Shown in pieces: positions 34,118 to 47,884 of a DNA stretch of 64,000 nucleotides. Source of the DNA: Carcharhinus amblyrhynchos (Eukaryota); the NCBI GenBank assembly GCA_965287045.1, contig OZ336891.1:42284001-42348000 (forward strand). Reading direction: 5' to 3'. Within the stretch, counting starts at the first letter, position 1; each line of letters starts with the position of its first letter. A program made the translations under genes and the position numbers. The notes under the pieces are model-generated. The model searched no databases and had not been told where the DNA came from. It was given only the letters and a program-made list of their open reading frames with translations.

Positions 34118-34790
34118 GTGGAGAGAAACAGAGTTAATAGGTGGGAATTTCCATGCAACCTGCCAAAAGTTTCATGGCAGCAGAGACGACTCGCCATTAT
34201 CGGATGGCAGGGTCTTCTGTTTCCCCCCGGTTGTCAACAAACGTGCGGCAAGAGTGTGGCCGAAACTTCTGGTCAAAGGGTGGAATCTTGCACCTTTTAA
34301 AAATAATCACAGGTTGGGTCCATTTCAAAGTCCCGTATTTGCTTGCAACTTGCCCACAAGTGCAATCTTCTCTGGGGGTAGTTCCTGCCTCCTTCTCCGC
34401 TATCCATCTAAGGACGTTGGGTGGGTTTCTGGCGCTATAGGCCCAATCAGGTGGCCTACAGCAGGGAGTAGCTGGCAGCCTCCATGACAGAGGCGAGTGC
34501 TGCTCCTGCAAGATAGGGACCACGAGGGCACCTCCATCTTGAGGCATCCATTGAGGGAGCATTGACTTTGTCTCAGTTAAAATGTGGCTGCAGCTGCCCA
34601 GTAGCAGGAAACATCCTCCACAGGATACCCGCCTCTGGCAAGATCACACACAATTTCCTGCAGTCCCACAATCAAACCTGCCCCTGTCGGACCAGGAAAA
34701 TACACCCAATGTTTCAGGTCAATGACCTTTCAGAACTTAGGATTCAGAATTCAGAACTCCGTTCTGAGAAAAGGCCATCAGCCTGAATTA
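34118..34790. mobile_element. Inverted pair of Penelope pLTRs (second family) interrupted by a Harbinger-type element at 34139-34707
   Basis: GTGGAGAGAAACAGAGTTAAT|insert|AATGTTTCAGGTCAATGACCTTTCAGAAC ... GTTCTGAGAAAAGGCCATCAGCCTGAA; insert has GGTGGGAATTTCC / GGAAAATACACCC ends and 3-bp TSD AAT. Confidence 0.65.
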
Positions 34791-35554
34791 TGGCCTGGTG
34801 TTTTCAGTGATGACAGTGATAAGGTGCTGTTCGCCATCATTACGCACTGAAACTTCTGGATTTAGATTAAGTTGCCGCCAGTTGATTCCACATTTCCCCA
34901 CAGGGTGCGCTGTTGAGACATCCCAGAATGCACTCAATAGCAAATTAAATGAATTGATGGCCTACAACTCCCTGGCTTTGGGGGAATACCCCAAAGATGC
35001 GCTGGGGATTTCCTCTCAGAAGCTCCCGGCTAAGGCTTTACACGGCACTTGTCCAGAAACTCTGACTTCCTCTGGATAACTGCGATGCACTGGAAACTAT
35101 CTGACAAAACAAGTTGTATCACTAACTGCAGATGGTTTTACACTAATAATTATTTTGAAAAAGTTCGATGAAATAAAGCTTCCGATTTCAGCGCAGCTAT
35201 TTTAAACACCCAGATCAACCCTTGCATGGGGCAGGACTCCCCCCCACCACCCCCCCAACACCCAGCCCACTTACAATGAGTCTACCCCCCTCATCCCATT
35301 CCCCATCTGAGGCTGACTGCCACTCCAAGAAAGTTATGACTCCATGAGGATTCCACTCTTATTCTGTTAGTCTTGCTGTAATAATTCTTTTAGAAGTTGC
35401 ATTTTGTTGAATGAAATTTTTTTTAATGGCATATTAATTTCATAATAACTGCTAACCAGCCTCACTGACTCTGAGGAACATAAATGGAATGCTAAATTTC
35501 TGCATAGTGATAAAAGATGCCGTATTGTCAAATAAATACATTTTTTACATAATT

Positions 35555-36352
35555 AGATTGCAGACTTGGGCAGAGAAATGGCAGATGGAGTTTAATCCAG
35601 ATAAATGATGCATTTTGGAAGATCTAATTCAGTGCGAATTATACAGTAAATGGCAGAACCCTTAGGAGTATTGAGATACAGTGGGATTTGGGAGTATAAG
35701 TCCATGGATCCTTGAAAGTGGCAACACAGATGGATAAAGTGGTTAAGAAGGCATACAGCAAGTTTGCCTTCATTGGTTGGGCATTGAGAATAGAAATTGG
35801 CAAGATTATGTATAAAATTTCAGTTAGACCAAATTTGGAATATTGCATGAGTTCTGGTCATCACACTACCAGAAGGAAATGGATGCTTTGGAGAGGGTGC
35901 AAAGGTTTACCAGAATGTTTCCTGGTCTGGAGGGTTTTAGGTATGAGGAGAGGTTGAATAAACATGGATTGATTTCACTGGAAAGACGGAGACTGAGGGG
36001 AGACTTGATAGAGGGCTGCAAAATTATGAGAGGCATGGATTAGATGGAAAGCCAGAGGTTTTTTTCCCAGGGTGGAAGGGTCGATTATAAGAGGGCACAG
36101 GTTTATGCTGAGAGATGGAAATTTTAGGGGAGACATTCCGGAAAAGTTTTTTCACACAGAGGGTGGTGGGTGCCTGGAAGGTGCTGCCAGAGGAGGGAAT
36201 GGAAGCAAATACATTAGCCTCATTCGATGTGTATCGTGATAGACATATGAACGGGAGGCAAATTGAGCAATAGAAACTGCATTTCAGTGCAGGCTTGGTG
36301 GGCCAAAAGGTGTGTTCCTGTGCTGTATTGTTCTTTGCTCTTTGTTCTTTGT
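35555..36352 (+). mobile_element. CR1 3' fragment with (TTCTTTG)n tail
   Basis: QMDKVVKKAY..FAFIG, RPNLEYC, LERVQRFTRMFPGL, SLERRRLRGDLIE. Confidence 0.92.
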
Positions 36353-37904
36353 TGTTTTAAAGCTCACTTAGCTTTATTTTAGATCCGATAATAATCACTT
36401 ATTTCGCTTTCTGGAAAGTCACGTTAGAAAAGAGGGCTATTAAGAGCTTTTAACTTCCTGGTTTGCTGCGTGTGGCTATTTTAACGTGATTGGCTGCTTG
36501 TTAACGTAGCCACTACTGTTGACTTGGCTCCAGATTTAAACCTGTCCGGAAAAGGGAAATCCAAACTGCAGGCAGCACTAGATCATTTTGGGCTGCTGTC
36601 TCGGAGGTCAGACGTCAGCACTGATCTTTCACTGCTAACCTCAATATCCGATCCATTTAGTCCATTTATCTCTCCATCCAATCTGCCTGGTCAGCAGGAT
36701 TTCTCCAGCATTTCTTTATTGTTTTCATTTCAGATTTTCAGCCTTTTCTTTCTCCTTTCATAGCCTCTCTTTTGAAATATTATAATGGCCTTTGACTCAG
36801 ATGTCCAAAGATGTAAGGGCTAGGTGGATTGGCCATGCGAAACTGACCCTAGTGTCAGGGGGATTAGCAGGGTAAATGAAGGTTATGGGAATAGAGCTTG
36901 GGTGGAATTATGGTTGGTACAGATTCGATGGGCTGAATAGCCTCCTTCTGCACTATGGGATTCTAGGAGAAGCTATTTTGTGATCTCCCGTTTTGTGTTA
37001 CTATCCAGGAGCGAATTTATTCTCTGGTGTGAAGTGATGAGCGGTGACTTGTGGGTGCACTGAGCTCTTGAGTGGAGTGTTTGAACATTCAGAGTGTGTA
37101 GGCATACATCACTGCTTGAACATTTCTCATATGTAGCTAGTTCTTTTGTGCTTTGAGCCCCAACACTTACTGTGGATTGTACAATTTTGCCTTCAAAAAT
37201 CAGAGGACGAGGAATCGGACATGCTGATTTGGACCATAAAATCTCCAGTTCGCAATATAACCTGTCTCCCGTTACGCCACGCATAATCCAATTTGTATTT
37301 CTCTGCTATTCCCACTTCTGCTCTATTTGCTGCATCGCTGATAAACCTTCAAGCATTTGTGCATTTTTGCAGTTTCCTGCATGTCTACATGTGTCTGGTC
37401 TACAGACAATATTCACAACTCAACTTTATCGTTATGTTTTACTTTCATGCTTTTGTCCTGCTCCTCCAAATACTAACATTTAAGGTTTGTTCAGCCAGAT
37501 TGGAAAGGTACTCTCTCTCTCTCTTGTAGGGAGAAATCCCTTTGTTCTCACTTTCCTTTCACCAAGAGCTGTATATTTTGTGGTTGTGTTGATGGTTTAT
37601 ACACGGTGATTTTAAACCAGATTTTGAACCTCCATCCTTTGCTCCTCTGGCCCGAACTGCCTCCACTTCGCTGCGTGGATGTCCAATCACCTCTGCACCT
37701 TCATCCCCCACCAGGCTAGTCTGAGGGCCCCCTGATTCTCCCTTAAACAGATGAGGATTGGTCATGGGAAATGAGTGGGGTGACGGGGATAGGGCAGGGG
37801 TTGGGTCTAAGTAATATACTCTGTCAGAGGGTTGGTGCAGACTCAATGGGCCAAATGGCCCCCTTCTGCACAGTTGGGATTCTCTGATTCTATGAAACCA
37901 GTTC

Positions 37905-39120
37905 CCATCTGCACTATGCCTGACTAAGCTTCTTTTTCTCCTTCAGCTCATCTCACTGTCTCCAAATAAAGGGCAATGCCATGGCTACCTGCATGAGTCC
38001 TCATTGTGATTGTCTCTTTTCTGTGAAACATTCCTTGTTCCAGTCCTATTCGAGTCTCCTCCCCACAACTCTCTTTCCCTGGTACATTGATGACTGTATT
38101 AATGCCATTTCCTTCTCTCGCCCACAACTAGATGCTTCATCAAATTTGCTTCTAATTTCCAACCTCCTCTACCTTTATATCATCTATCGCTGCAACACTT
38201 TCTTGACTTCACACTCTTGTTTGACTTTACTGACACTAATATTCACCACAAGTTCAGAGACTCCCAGATCTATCTTGAGTCCACGTCTTCACATCCTGCA
38301 AGGACTCCTGTTCATTCTCCCATTTTCTCTGTCTCAATTGCATCCGATCTGATGATGCCACCTTCCACAATAGAGCTTCCGACATGTCTTCATTTTTCCT
38401 TAATCAAGGATTGCTCCACTCTCTCCTCCCATATTTTGGTTGACAGCGGCCTTAACTATGTCTGACCATGTCCCACACCTCTGCTCTCACTCCATCCTCT
38501 CCCTCCCAGAACCGTCATGGGGTCCTCCTTGTCCTCACTTTCCACTCCACTAGACTCCACACTCAAAGGAGCATTTTTCGCTACTTCTGCCAAGTCCAGT
38601 ATGAGGCCACCACCAAGCACATGGTGCCCCCCCCCCCCCCCCCCGTCCCCTCCCCCCCCGGACCCCGGATCACTTTGCAATGCTCCATGGTCCACTCCTC
38701 AATCAACCCCAACACCTCATCCTCTTCTCACAGCACCAAGAGCAGGAGGTGTAATCGCTGCCCCTTGACCTTCTCTCTTCTCACTATCCCAAACACTCTG
38801 TCCGAGTGAAGCAGTGACTCTTTCAGTTCAGTCTACTGCATTCACTGCTCACAATGCTGTCTCCTCTACACTGGGGGAACTCAAGCAGACTGGGAGAATG
38901 AATTAGAGCCCATACAGGAAACAAGATATAGAGCAGGTGACCGCTTTGCTTGGAGACCTTTGCTCAGCCTGTGGATATGAATTTACCATCACTCAAAATT
39001 TTAATTCACCAACTTGGTGACACTCATATTTCAGTTCTTGGTCCACTGCACTGTTCTGAAGAAGCTCAGTACAAACTCAAGGAGCAACATCTCATCTTCC
39101 GATCAGATACCTTGTAGCTT
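37905..39120 (+). mobile_element. Degenerate Penelope-like element: RT + GIY-YIG endonuclease
   Basis: LQIKGNAMATCMSP, WYIDDC (RT catalytic motif), VYCIHCSQC.LLYTG.T (GIY-YIG), KLKEQHLIFR. Confidence 0.85.
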
Positions 39121-39432
39121 TAAAAGTTTAATGTTTATTTATTAGTGTCGCAAGTAGGCTTACATTAACACTACAATGAAGTTACTGTGAAAATCCCCTA
39201 GCTGCCACACTCTGGTGCCTGTTTGGGTAGATTGAGAGAGAATTTAGCTTGGCCAATGCACCTAACCAGCATGTCTTTTGGACTGTGGGAGGAAGCCGGA
39301 GCACCCGGAGGAAACTCACACAGTCATGAGGAGAACATGCAGACTCTACACAGACAGTGACCCAAACTGGGAATTGAATCCAGGCCCCTGACAGTATGAG
39401 GCAGCCGTGCTAACCACTGTGCCAACATGCTG
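39120..39432 (-). mobile_element. V-SINE type B
   Basis: Full HE1 head, V core and type-B tail. Confidence 0.92.
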
Positions 39433-39559
39433 CCTGGACTTAACACTGACTTCAACTATTTCAAGGTGTAATGTGATGCAGCTGTGGATTATTCTATCAC
39501 ATGCACCCTGGAAAAAGGTTTTGTCTCTTAATTACAATGCTGCCACTTTCTTTGCTTGT

Positions 39560-39872
39560 TCATAGAATCTTCACAGTGCAGAAGAAGGCCTTCCAGCCCA
39601 TCAAGTCTGCACCAACCACAATCCCACCCAGGCCCTATCCCCACAACTCCATACATTTACCCTGACTTGTCCCCTTGACACGCAGGGGCAATTTAGCATG
39701 GCCAATCCACCTAGCCCACACATCTTTGGACTGTGGGAGGAAACTGGAGCATGCAGAGGAAACCCACACAGACATGGGGAGAACGTACAAACCCCACACA
39801 GACAGTAACCTGAGGCTGGAATTGAACCTGGGCCCCTGGTACTGCGAGGTAGTAGTGCTAACCACGGTACCA
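39560..39872 (-). mobile_element. HE1 V-SINE
   Basis: Head, V core and CR1-type tail in reverse complement. Confidence 0.92.
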
Positions 39873-40494
39873 CTGTGATGCAGTGTGGCAGAGATGAAAA
39901 TGCCACCAATCTGTGAATTGGATTATGGAGAGGAACATTTGCCCAAGGTTTTTCCCACTCTGTCTGGTCTCTTCATCTAAATTTGGTGGCAAAACAGGCT
40001 TGAGATGGCTGGCATGGAAGTCAGCTACACCGAATGGTTTTCCAGTGTCTGGTGCACCCATCATGATGAGCTCCATTATCCACAGAGCTGTGTTACTCTG
40101 CCCTCTATTGGACCACCTGGTCTATCACATGTCACGTACTAAAAAGCTAGGTGTGTATCTGCCCATTCCTTGCTGGATATTCCCCCAGAAATAACCCTCC
40201 ATCTAATTCAGCCTATCAGGCTGACACAGTTGTCCAGAGTGTGGCCATCATCTTGTAAAAATGGCTACCAAGTACGAAAGAGGAATGTGTTGGGTATCGG
40301 AGGAGCTGCTGTGGTGCAAAGGGTCCCAGCACTGTCTCTGAGCCGGAAGCTCTGGGTTCAATTCCAGGACTTGGTAGCCAAGGAAGGTGCATTCATAATG
40401 CGGTCAAACAGGTTGAGAGTCAATCTGAAAAATCCTTCCAAACACACTGATGGCTGGCAGTAAAAGTGAGAGAGACTCCTGCGCGGCCACACTT

Positions 40495-40780
40495 GATGTG
40501 GTCTGCTCTGCGGCCTCATAGCACCAGGGACCCAGGTTCAGTTCCAGCCTCAGGTGACTGCCTATGTAGAGTTTACACATTCTCCCCGTATCTGCGTGGG
40601 TTTCCTCTGGGTGCTCCAGTTTCCTCCTACCGTCCGAAGATGTGTGGGTTAGATTGATTGGGCATGGCGAATTGCCCCTTTGTGTCAGAGGGATTAGTAG
40701 GGTAATGGGGGAATTGTTATTGATGCAGATCCGATGGGCCGAATAGTCTCCTACTGCACTACAGGGATTCCATGTTCTAT
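40495..40780 (+). mobile_element. HE1 V-SINE nested in another tRNA-headed repeat starting ~40300
   Basis: V core and tail; upstream CTGGGTTCAATTCC B-box at ~40352. Confidence 0.8.
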
Positions 40781-42156
40781 GTGGGACGGTACCCCTCAAG
40801 TTATAAGCCCCTTGCAACAGATGAACAAACTGTTCCGGGAATTATTGTGTATAGAAACAGACAAAAGATGGCCTTAGTGCAGCACTAGGTGAGGGAAGGG
40901 AATTGGAATTAGGCACCAGAGATAGGAGTCGATTCACGGGGGACAGAGCTGACTCCTAGTTAATACACATTACATCCCAATCTGAACTCGTTCTGAAACC
41001 CATGCCCAACTGATGCTAATTCTTCAATCTGGGCAGCCCACGGGGGAGGGAGGGGAGGTAGGTCTGCCTTGACTAGCTCTAACCATTGTACGCAGAACTG
41101 TTCTCTTTCTGACTACACAGCAGGTTGTGATTCATTTTCCACGATCCAAAGCCGATGTTTATTTCCAGTTACAGATTCACTACGTGCGATGGAAGTAATG
41201 AAAATAATCTAACCGTACAAATGAAAGAATGCAGCTGTATTTCAGCGAGTGCGTTCCACAGCCTGGTAATCGCAGCGTACAATGGTTTGATGAAAATATT
41301 CTCGGCCAGTGTGAAATATAACATGCCTAAATTAAATAACATTTGAAAGGCGAGCCTTTAAGTGCTTCTGTCATTGTAGCTGATGATGGTAGAATAAATA
41401 ATGCTGCATCGGTATAACCTACAATAAATTGCATTTGGAAGTCTAGATATTATGTAATTTTATGTTAATATTTATTATTAACATCTCCATATATTTACCA
41501 TAATAATAAATTGAATCACTGCGAATTGCTGCATGTGTTAAAGAGGACTTCGGACTACCTGCCAGATTCAATAATAAATCTCAATCTGTACAACCTCTCC
41601 ACTCTTCTCATGCTGTAATTTGCCAAATGGATTTTTTTTTAGTTTATCGATGCGTCTGGTTTTCTGTCTTTCTCTAGCATTGCAGACAAGATGCTGTGCT
41701 GCCTGTCCGCACCGGGTTTTAAGGTGCCTGGCATGGAGGTTTCCCCCTAATCCTGGCAATACAAGTCCAGTCATAAAATGAGCTTGGACGGTCTTAGCCA
41801 AGTTCTAGGCAACTTCTACCATAGAATCACAGAAACTCCACTGTGCAGAAGAGGCCATTCAGTCCATCGAGTCTGCACTGACTCTCTGACAGAATAGATT
41901 ACCGACGCCCTCTCCCCTGTCCTTTCCCCGTTACCTCACACATTTACCAGGGTTCGCCCATCTAACCGGCACGTCTGGGAACATTATTGGGCAATTTTTA
42001 CCATGGCCCAGGCACCTAATCTGCACATCTTTGGACTGTAAGAAACCTAATAATTGGCATTAAATTTACTCAAGTGACATAAGGTTGGTTAATACAGAAA
42101 GTAGAAGAGCTAATGTAAAATCTGCAGAGTTAAGGAATAGTCTTAATTTGTATATT

Positions 42157-42765
42157 CATAAGAACATAAGAAATAGGAGCAGGAGTAGACCATCTAGCCC
42201 TTCGAGCCTGCCCCGTTATTCAACAAGATCATGGCTGATCTGAAGTGGATCAGTTCCACTTTCCCGCTTTCTCCCCATAACCCTTAATCCCCTTGTCGAT
42301 CAGAAATCTTATCCACCCGTGACTTAAATATATTTAGCGAGGTAGCCTCCACCACTTCAATGGGCAGAGAATTTCAGAGATTCACCACCCTTTGAGTGAA
42401 GAAGTTCCTCGTCAACTCTGATCTAAACTGCACCCCGCCCCCCTTATTTTGAGGCTGTGTCCTCTAGTTCTGCTATCCTTACTAAGCGGGAAGAACCTCT
42501 CTACCTGTACCCTATCTAGCCCCTTCATTATCTTATATGTCTCTATAAGATCCCCCCTCAGCCTTCTAAACTCTAATGAGTACAGACCCAGTCTATTCAA
42601 TCTCTCTTCATAGTCTAACCCCCTCATCTCTGGTATCAGCCTGGTGAACCTTCTCTGCACTCCCTCCAAGGCCAATATATCCTTTCACAAATGCGGTGAC
42701 CAAAACTGCACACAGTACTCCAGTTGCGGCCTCACCAGTGCCCTGTACAGTTGCAGCAAGACCTT
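42157..42765 (-). mobile_element. CR1 3' fragment with (TTCTTATG)n tail
   Basis: ALEGVQRRFTRLIP..LGLYSLEFRRLRGDLIETYKIMKG..TRGHSLKIRG; CATAAGAACATAAGAA. Confidence 0.93.
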
Positions 42766-43909
42766 ATATATTCAATGGAGGTAGCTTTGTTTTGAGGCAG
42801 ACTCAGTAGATAGTGTTTTCTGATCCAGAAAGGTATGAGGTGGGGATTTCTGACCCTCACCCATGCCACCTCCCCACCCTCCCAACACCTCACGTGATGT
42901 GTTCTCCAGAGACTCCCCGTTGTCTGCTGGCCGTATCTTCCAGACCTGTTGATGTCTATGGTGTTTCGCTTGCTGCCCTGCCCGCCCTGCGACCAGGGAA
43001 CCACCGTGGGGGGGTGGGGGTCATCGTCAGCACGACTGGAAGATATCACCAGCGGAAAGTGCTCGAAAACCAGGGTTTTACAGCTCCTCTGACCCAGCGG
43101 GATGTTACAGTCCCACAAAAGTACACAGCAGTTTAAATATCTCGTTGCATCCTCCAGGAGGGACACACTGTGTGAAAGAGCAGTAAAAGCCTGGCCATAA
43201 TCTAGGTCAACAATTCAATGCAGAAGGGCTTGCTTACTGCATCAGGTGCTATCTTTCAGGTGAATTATTAAATTGTTATTAGTCACTATCTATTTGCCAC
43301 AGTAGAAGGGAAAGATCTGATGGAACGATTTAATTTAGGAGGAGCAGGGAGTCTTCTTTGTCAAAATCCTTCTGTTAGGTAATATCGGCAAACAGATTAA
43401 AGGGTCACTTTGTAAAGACACTAGGTTCTGGTATCCTGACCAATATATTTCAAAGAACCAAACAAATCCTTACTGACCTCTCTTCCTGCCACAAAGGAAC
43501 GATATGGGATTTATTAACTGGTTAAAGGTCCAAGATTGAATGATGCTGAGTTGGCTCATGTTCCATATTCCCCTCCAAGTTACACATCATCTTGACCTGG
43601 ATATGTATCACCACCTGTTCATCGTCACTTGGTCAAAATCTTGGAACTTCCTGCCTAACTGCATTCGGGGAGTACCTTCGCCACATGAACTGCAGCAGTT
43701 TGAGATAAGAGAAAGTGATATCTCTCAAAGGCAATTCGGGATGGGAAATAAACGCTGGACTTATCAGCAATACGCCCAGGTCTCTCTGCTCCTGCACCCC
43801 CTGAAGAATTGCACCTCTTATTTTACACTATCTCTCCTACCAAAATGCATTATCTTACCCTTCTGCACATTGAACCATATCTGCTAGCTATCTGCCTACT
43901 TCACAAATT

Positions 43910-44187
43910 GGGGTGGCACAGTGGTTAGCACTGCTGCCCCACAGTGCCAGGGAGCTTTGTTCGATTCCCACCTCGGGTGACTGTGTGGAGTTTGCACATT
44001 CTCCCCATGTCTGCATGGGTTTCCTCCGGGTGCTCCAGCTTCCTCACACACTCCAAAAACGTGCGGGTTAGTTTGATTGGCCAAGCTAAATTGCGCCTTA
44101 CTGTCACAGGGATAGAGTCCGGGTGGGATTGTTGCTGCAGGTTCATTGAGTCAAATGGCTCCTTCTGCACTGTAGTGATTCTATTCT
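43910..44187 (+). mobile_element. HE1 V-SINE (within an old CR1 fragment)
   Basis: Canonical head, core and tail. Confidence 0.9.
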
Positions 44188-45044
44188 GAATCTTTCTAGG
44201 CCCTTTTGGAGTCCTATACTGTCCTTCTATAGTTTACAATACTTCCAAGTCTTGTGTCATCCGCAAGCTTTGAAATTGTCTTCTTTACACCAAGATCTAG
44301 ATCATTAAAGTATATATCATGAAGAATAATTGCAGACAGGTTTGTTTTATTACTCATTCAAATTGAATTTGACTTCACCTTACAAACTCTTAATTGGACA
44401 CCCAAAATCCTTCCAAGAAAGGATCCTGAATCCTGAAACAATTGGCTTTCTCTAGACTGAGGTAAGACAATCAAGGGATGTGGAGCTAACTAAATATCAG
44501 TAATGATCTAATGGAATGGCGCAGCAGAGACAGACAGCAGGCCGTGTACTGACAACTTTTTATTGGCTGTAGAATTATAGGTTAATGTTAAATATTACAA
44601 TATACAGGAGATTAGTGGGTATGAACAGTTGCCATCAGGATTGCTTCGCAACTTGAATCACAATTATTAACAGACAGGGCTATTTAACTAAACGAATAAC
44701 AGAGGTTGCAAAGGCAAATCTACAACACTTATAATTCACCCAAATGGAATGGCTGAATTTTACATCATTTTGTCTGATAATATTAATTTGTAAGGTTAAA
44801 CTGGAATTAAATCCAGTCAATTGGAGCTGAGATTCTGGTGATTAGCTATGGTTCCAAAGTTAATACAACCTCATCACTATGAGTGGTACCTTCGTTTCCT
44901 TCTCAGGGACATACTAGTTTGCTTTGACAGTATCGAGTTGATGGGATCTGCCATTGAGGGATTATCTATCCGATGTGGATCGACTGTATCAGGTAAATCC
45001 ACTTTCACATGAACAGTGAAGGCTTTTCATTTGCCTTCCCATAC

Positions 45045-45205
45045 CTCTAAATTGTTCCTAAATTAGACCTCCCTTAGCGTGGCGTAGACAAAAGTCATAG
45101 GTAGAAGAAGATAGATGAGACACTCACTGAATATTAAAATGGCGGTGCGGACTTGTTGGGCCGAAGGGCCTGTTTCCTGTGCTGTGTTGTTCTTTGATCT
45201 TTGTT
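45045..45205 (+). mobile_element. 3' end of the chimeric CR1/V-core family
   Basis: AAATTGTTCCTAAATTAG...AAAATGGCGGTGCGG..GGGCCGAAGGGCCTGTTTCCTGTGCTGTGTTGTTCTTTG. Confidence 0.7.
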
Positions 45206-47884
45206 ATCTCCTTTCACATTCTCAAACTCATTACACTACTTTTAAATACAGTCGTTGTTACAGTGTAGCACGTACAGCAGCTAATTTATGTACAACAAGT
45301 CCCAATAAAGAGCAATGAGGTAAATGGTCCAATAATCTCACGTTGCTTAAAGATAAACAGGAAATCAGACCAGCAGTAATTCTCTCCTTCAAACAGAAGA
45401 AGCCAAGCCGAGCCAGAATTAATCACAACTACTGAAAATGGTGATTTCGACTAAAGTCCACTTGGAAGAGGAAGTGCGATGCAGTCTAAGGTGTCACTTG
45501 AAAGCAGACACCTCTGACAATGCAGCACCCTCTCAGTACCATAAAAAGAGTAAATCTAGTCTCTAGAATGGGCTCTAAATGGCCAACCTCTGACTCAGAA
45601 ATTTACATGTTACTATGGAGCCAAGGTTACATTTAGCCTGACCCTACGCTAATATTTGGGAGCCATCAAAGCAACCAGGACTCTCAGCCCAGATTACAGT
45701 GGATGCCACACAACTGTGTATCAAATCTCCAATTGCTGGCACATTGCTCATATTTATAATGGAGACTGTCAGGAGAGGCACAGTGACGCAATGGTTAGCA
45801 TTGCTGCCTCACAGTGCCAGGGACTCAGGTTCTATTCCTGGCTTGGGTCACTGCCTGTGTAAAGTCTGCACATTCTCCCCGTGTCTGAGTGGATTTCCTC
45901 CGGGTGCTCCGGTTTCCTCCCACAGTCCGAAAGACATACCGATTAGGGGAATTGAATCATTATCTGAAAAGGAAGAATGTTCCGAGTTCTGAGGAGAAGC
46001 TGAGGGAAAGGCAATCCTTCAGGGAGCTGGTACAGACATAAATGGTCTTCTTCGTGTTGTAACAATCAGTGGTTGTGATTCTGGGGGGCTACACTAGAAG
46101 GTTTTGGTCATCTCCTTCCCGCTATGATTAGCCCCACTAACCCTGCAGCTTTTGACTCCGCAGAGTGTCCTTTTCTTCCCCTAACAAACTCCCCAGCCAG
46201 GAGCCAGCCTGACTGATATACTTGGCTTCCTGTCAGGCAGGAAGCAACCTGGATTGGCCATAGGTCAAACCCAAAGAAAGAGTATGGGAATAGAGGGATA
46301 CAAACGGATGGTCTAGTTAGGAATACATGATCGGTGCAGGCTTGGAGGGCCGAAGGGCCTGTTCGTTTGCTATATTGTTCTTTGCTTCAAGGACAATGAA
46401 ATACAGGGAGGGGTCTGATTCTTGCGGGGTGGATTCCAATCTAGGGGAAAAGCTTATGACCGTGGGGGTGAGGTGGTTGGGCAGCGATTCAGGGAGAGGT
46501 GTTGGTGATCCCAGGTGAAAGTGATGTCTTTGGAGAGGGGGGTGGGGGAGGGATGGAGGGGGTCGTGGGGGTGGGGGGTTGGGAATTAGTTATCCTGGAA
46601 GGGGTTAGCAGTGATTCTGGAGGCATAGGGCATCACTAATCATGGAGGAAGGCTCAGCAATATTAGAGAGTGAATAGTTAATGACCTAGGAGAAGTGACT
46701 ATTGATCCTGAATGTGGCCATCTTCGGTTGGGGTTAGTGACCCACTGCTGGAGGTGGAAAACAGATTTTCTGTAGTGGGTGAGGAGAGGTGCCCCTGCTC
46801 CCCCAGCATCATAAATCACAAAATCACTTGCCTCTCCCACACAGCAATCTTCTCTTTTATCAGCTGGTATGTTTCCAAAGTGTTACACCTGAATAACAGA
46901 TAGAACTTGAGATTCATTATCATTTTTCAGTGAAATCCATTTCCTGGAAGCTACTTACCTGTCATTGTCCTATCTTGATTAAAACCTGATGGCAGATTGT
47001 GATTGAGATTTTGTTCAAAAACCCACATCCATCCACCTTTACTTTGGCCAGGGGCGAAGGGGCTTGGGGGAGATGTGAGGGGTTAAATCTTACCCCTCCT
47101 GAAGTCAATAATGCTCGGTCACTCTGTGCTATCAAATAAGAGTAGAAATAACTCCCCTAAATTACGATGGTGACAAGATTAGTAGCTAAGAAATGTGGGA
47201 AGCTTTCCTTTAGGCTTGTGGCACTGATCAGCATTGTGATTGAGGGAAGGTTGGCGAGTGTGTTTGCACTGAATGGAAATGGGGGGAAGCACTCAAACAG
47301 GTCGTGATCAAGGTGAAAAAAACCAAGGTGAAAATTCCAGTATTGATGACAAATGTTAGCAGTAAAACGTTTTGGAATGTCTTGAGGCTTAAATCAAATG
47401 TAAATCTGTATTTTTTTAATGCAGTGGGCTGAATTCCCTTTCACTGGTTAGGTGCATTCATGCCATGAAGCCACCACTTCATTTGTTACACTTTGTTATA
47501 CTTCAAGCTGTCAGTCTCCACAAATCCTTTACTTGCTTCATTAGCCCGAGCTTCCTGTGTTACATATTTGTGAAGTAGCATTGTCATTTGTCACGCACAG
47601 TTGCCCAGACTTCAGGGAACCTTTTGACATTATCCAGAGCACTCAGCCTTCCAGCCGTTTTATTCACCTTGATCACAACCTGTTTACGCCTGGTGGAAAC
47701 ATACTCACCCAACCTTCCCTTGGCCACACTGTCGATCCCTTCCACAGACTTAATTACAAGCTTCCCACAGTCCTCAACCACTAATCTTAATATTGAACTG
47801 GAGACACGAAAAACACGTCAGTGCCATGTTGAAGCTTAGAAAGTGACAGTGAGTGAATGGGTTGGGCATGATTTAAATCAATGG

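Noticed and set aside
37171-37261. Minus-strand exon candidate with GTAAGT donor
   Set aside because: Acceptor lacks a polypyrimidine tract; peptide unrecognised.
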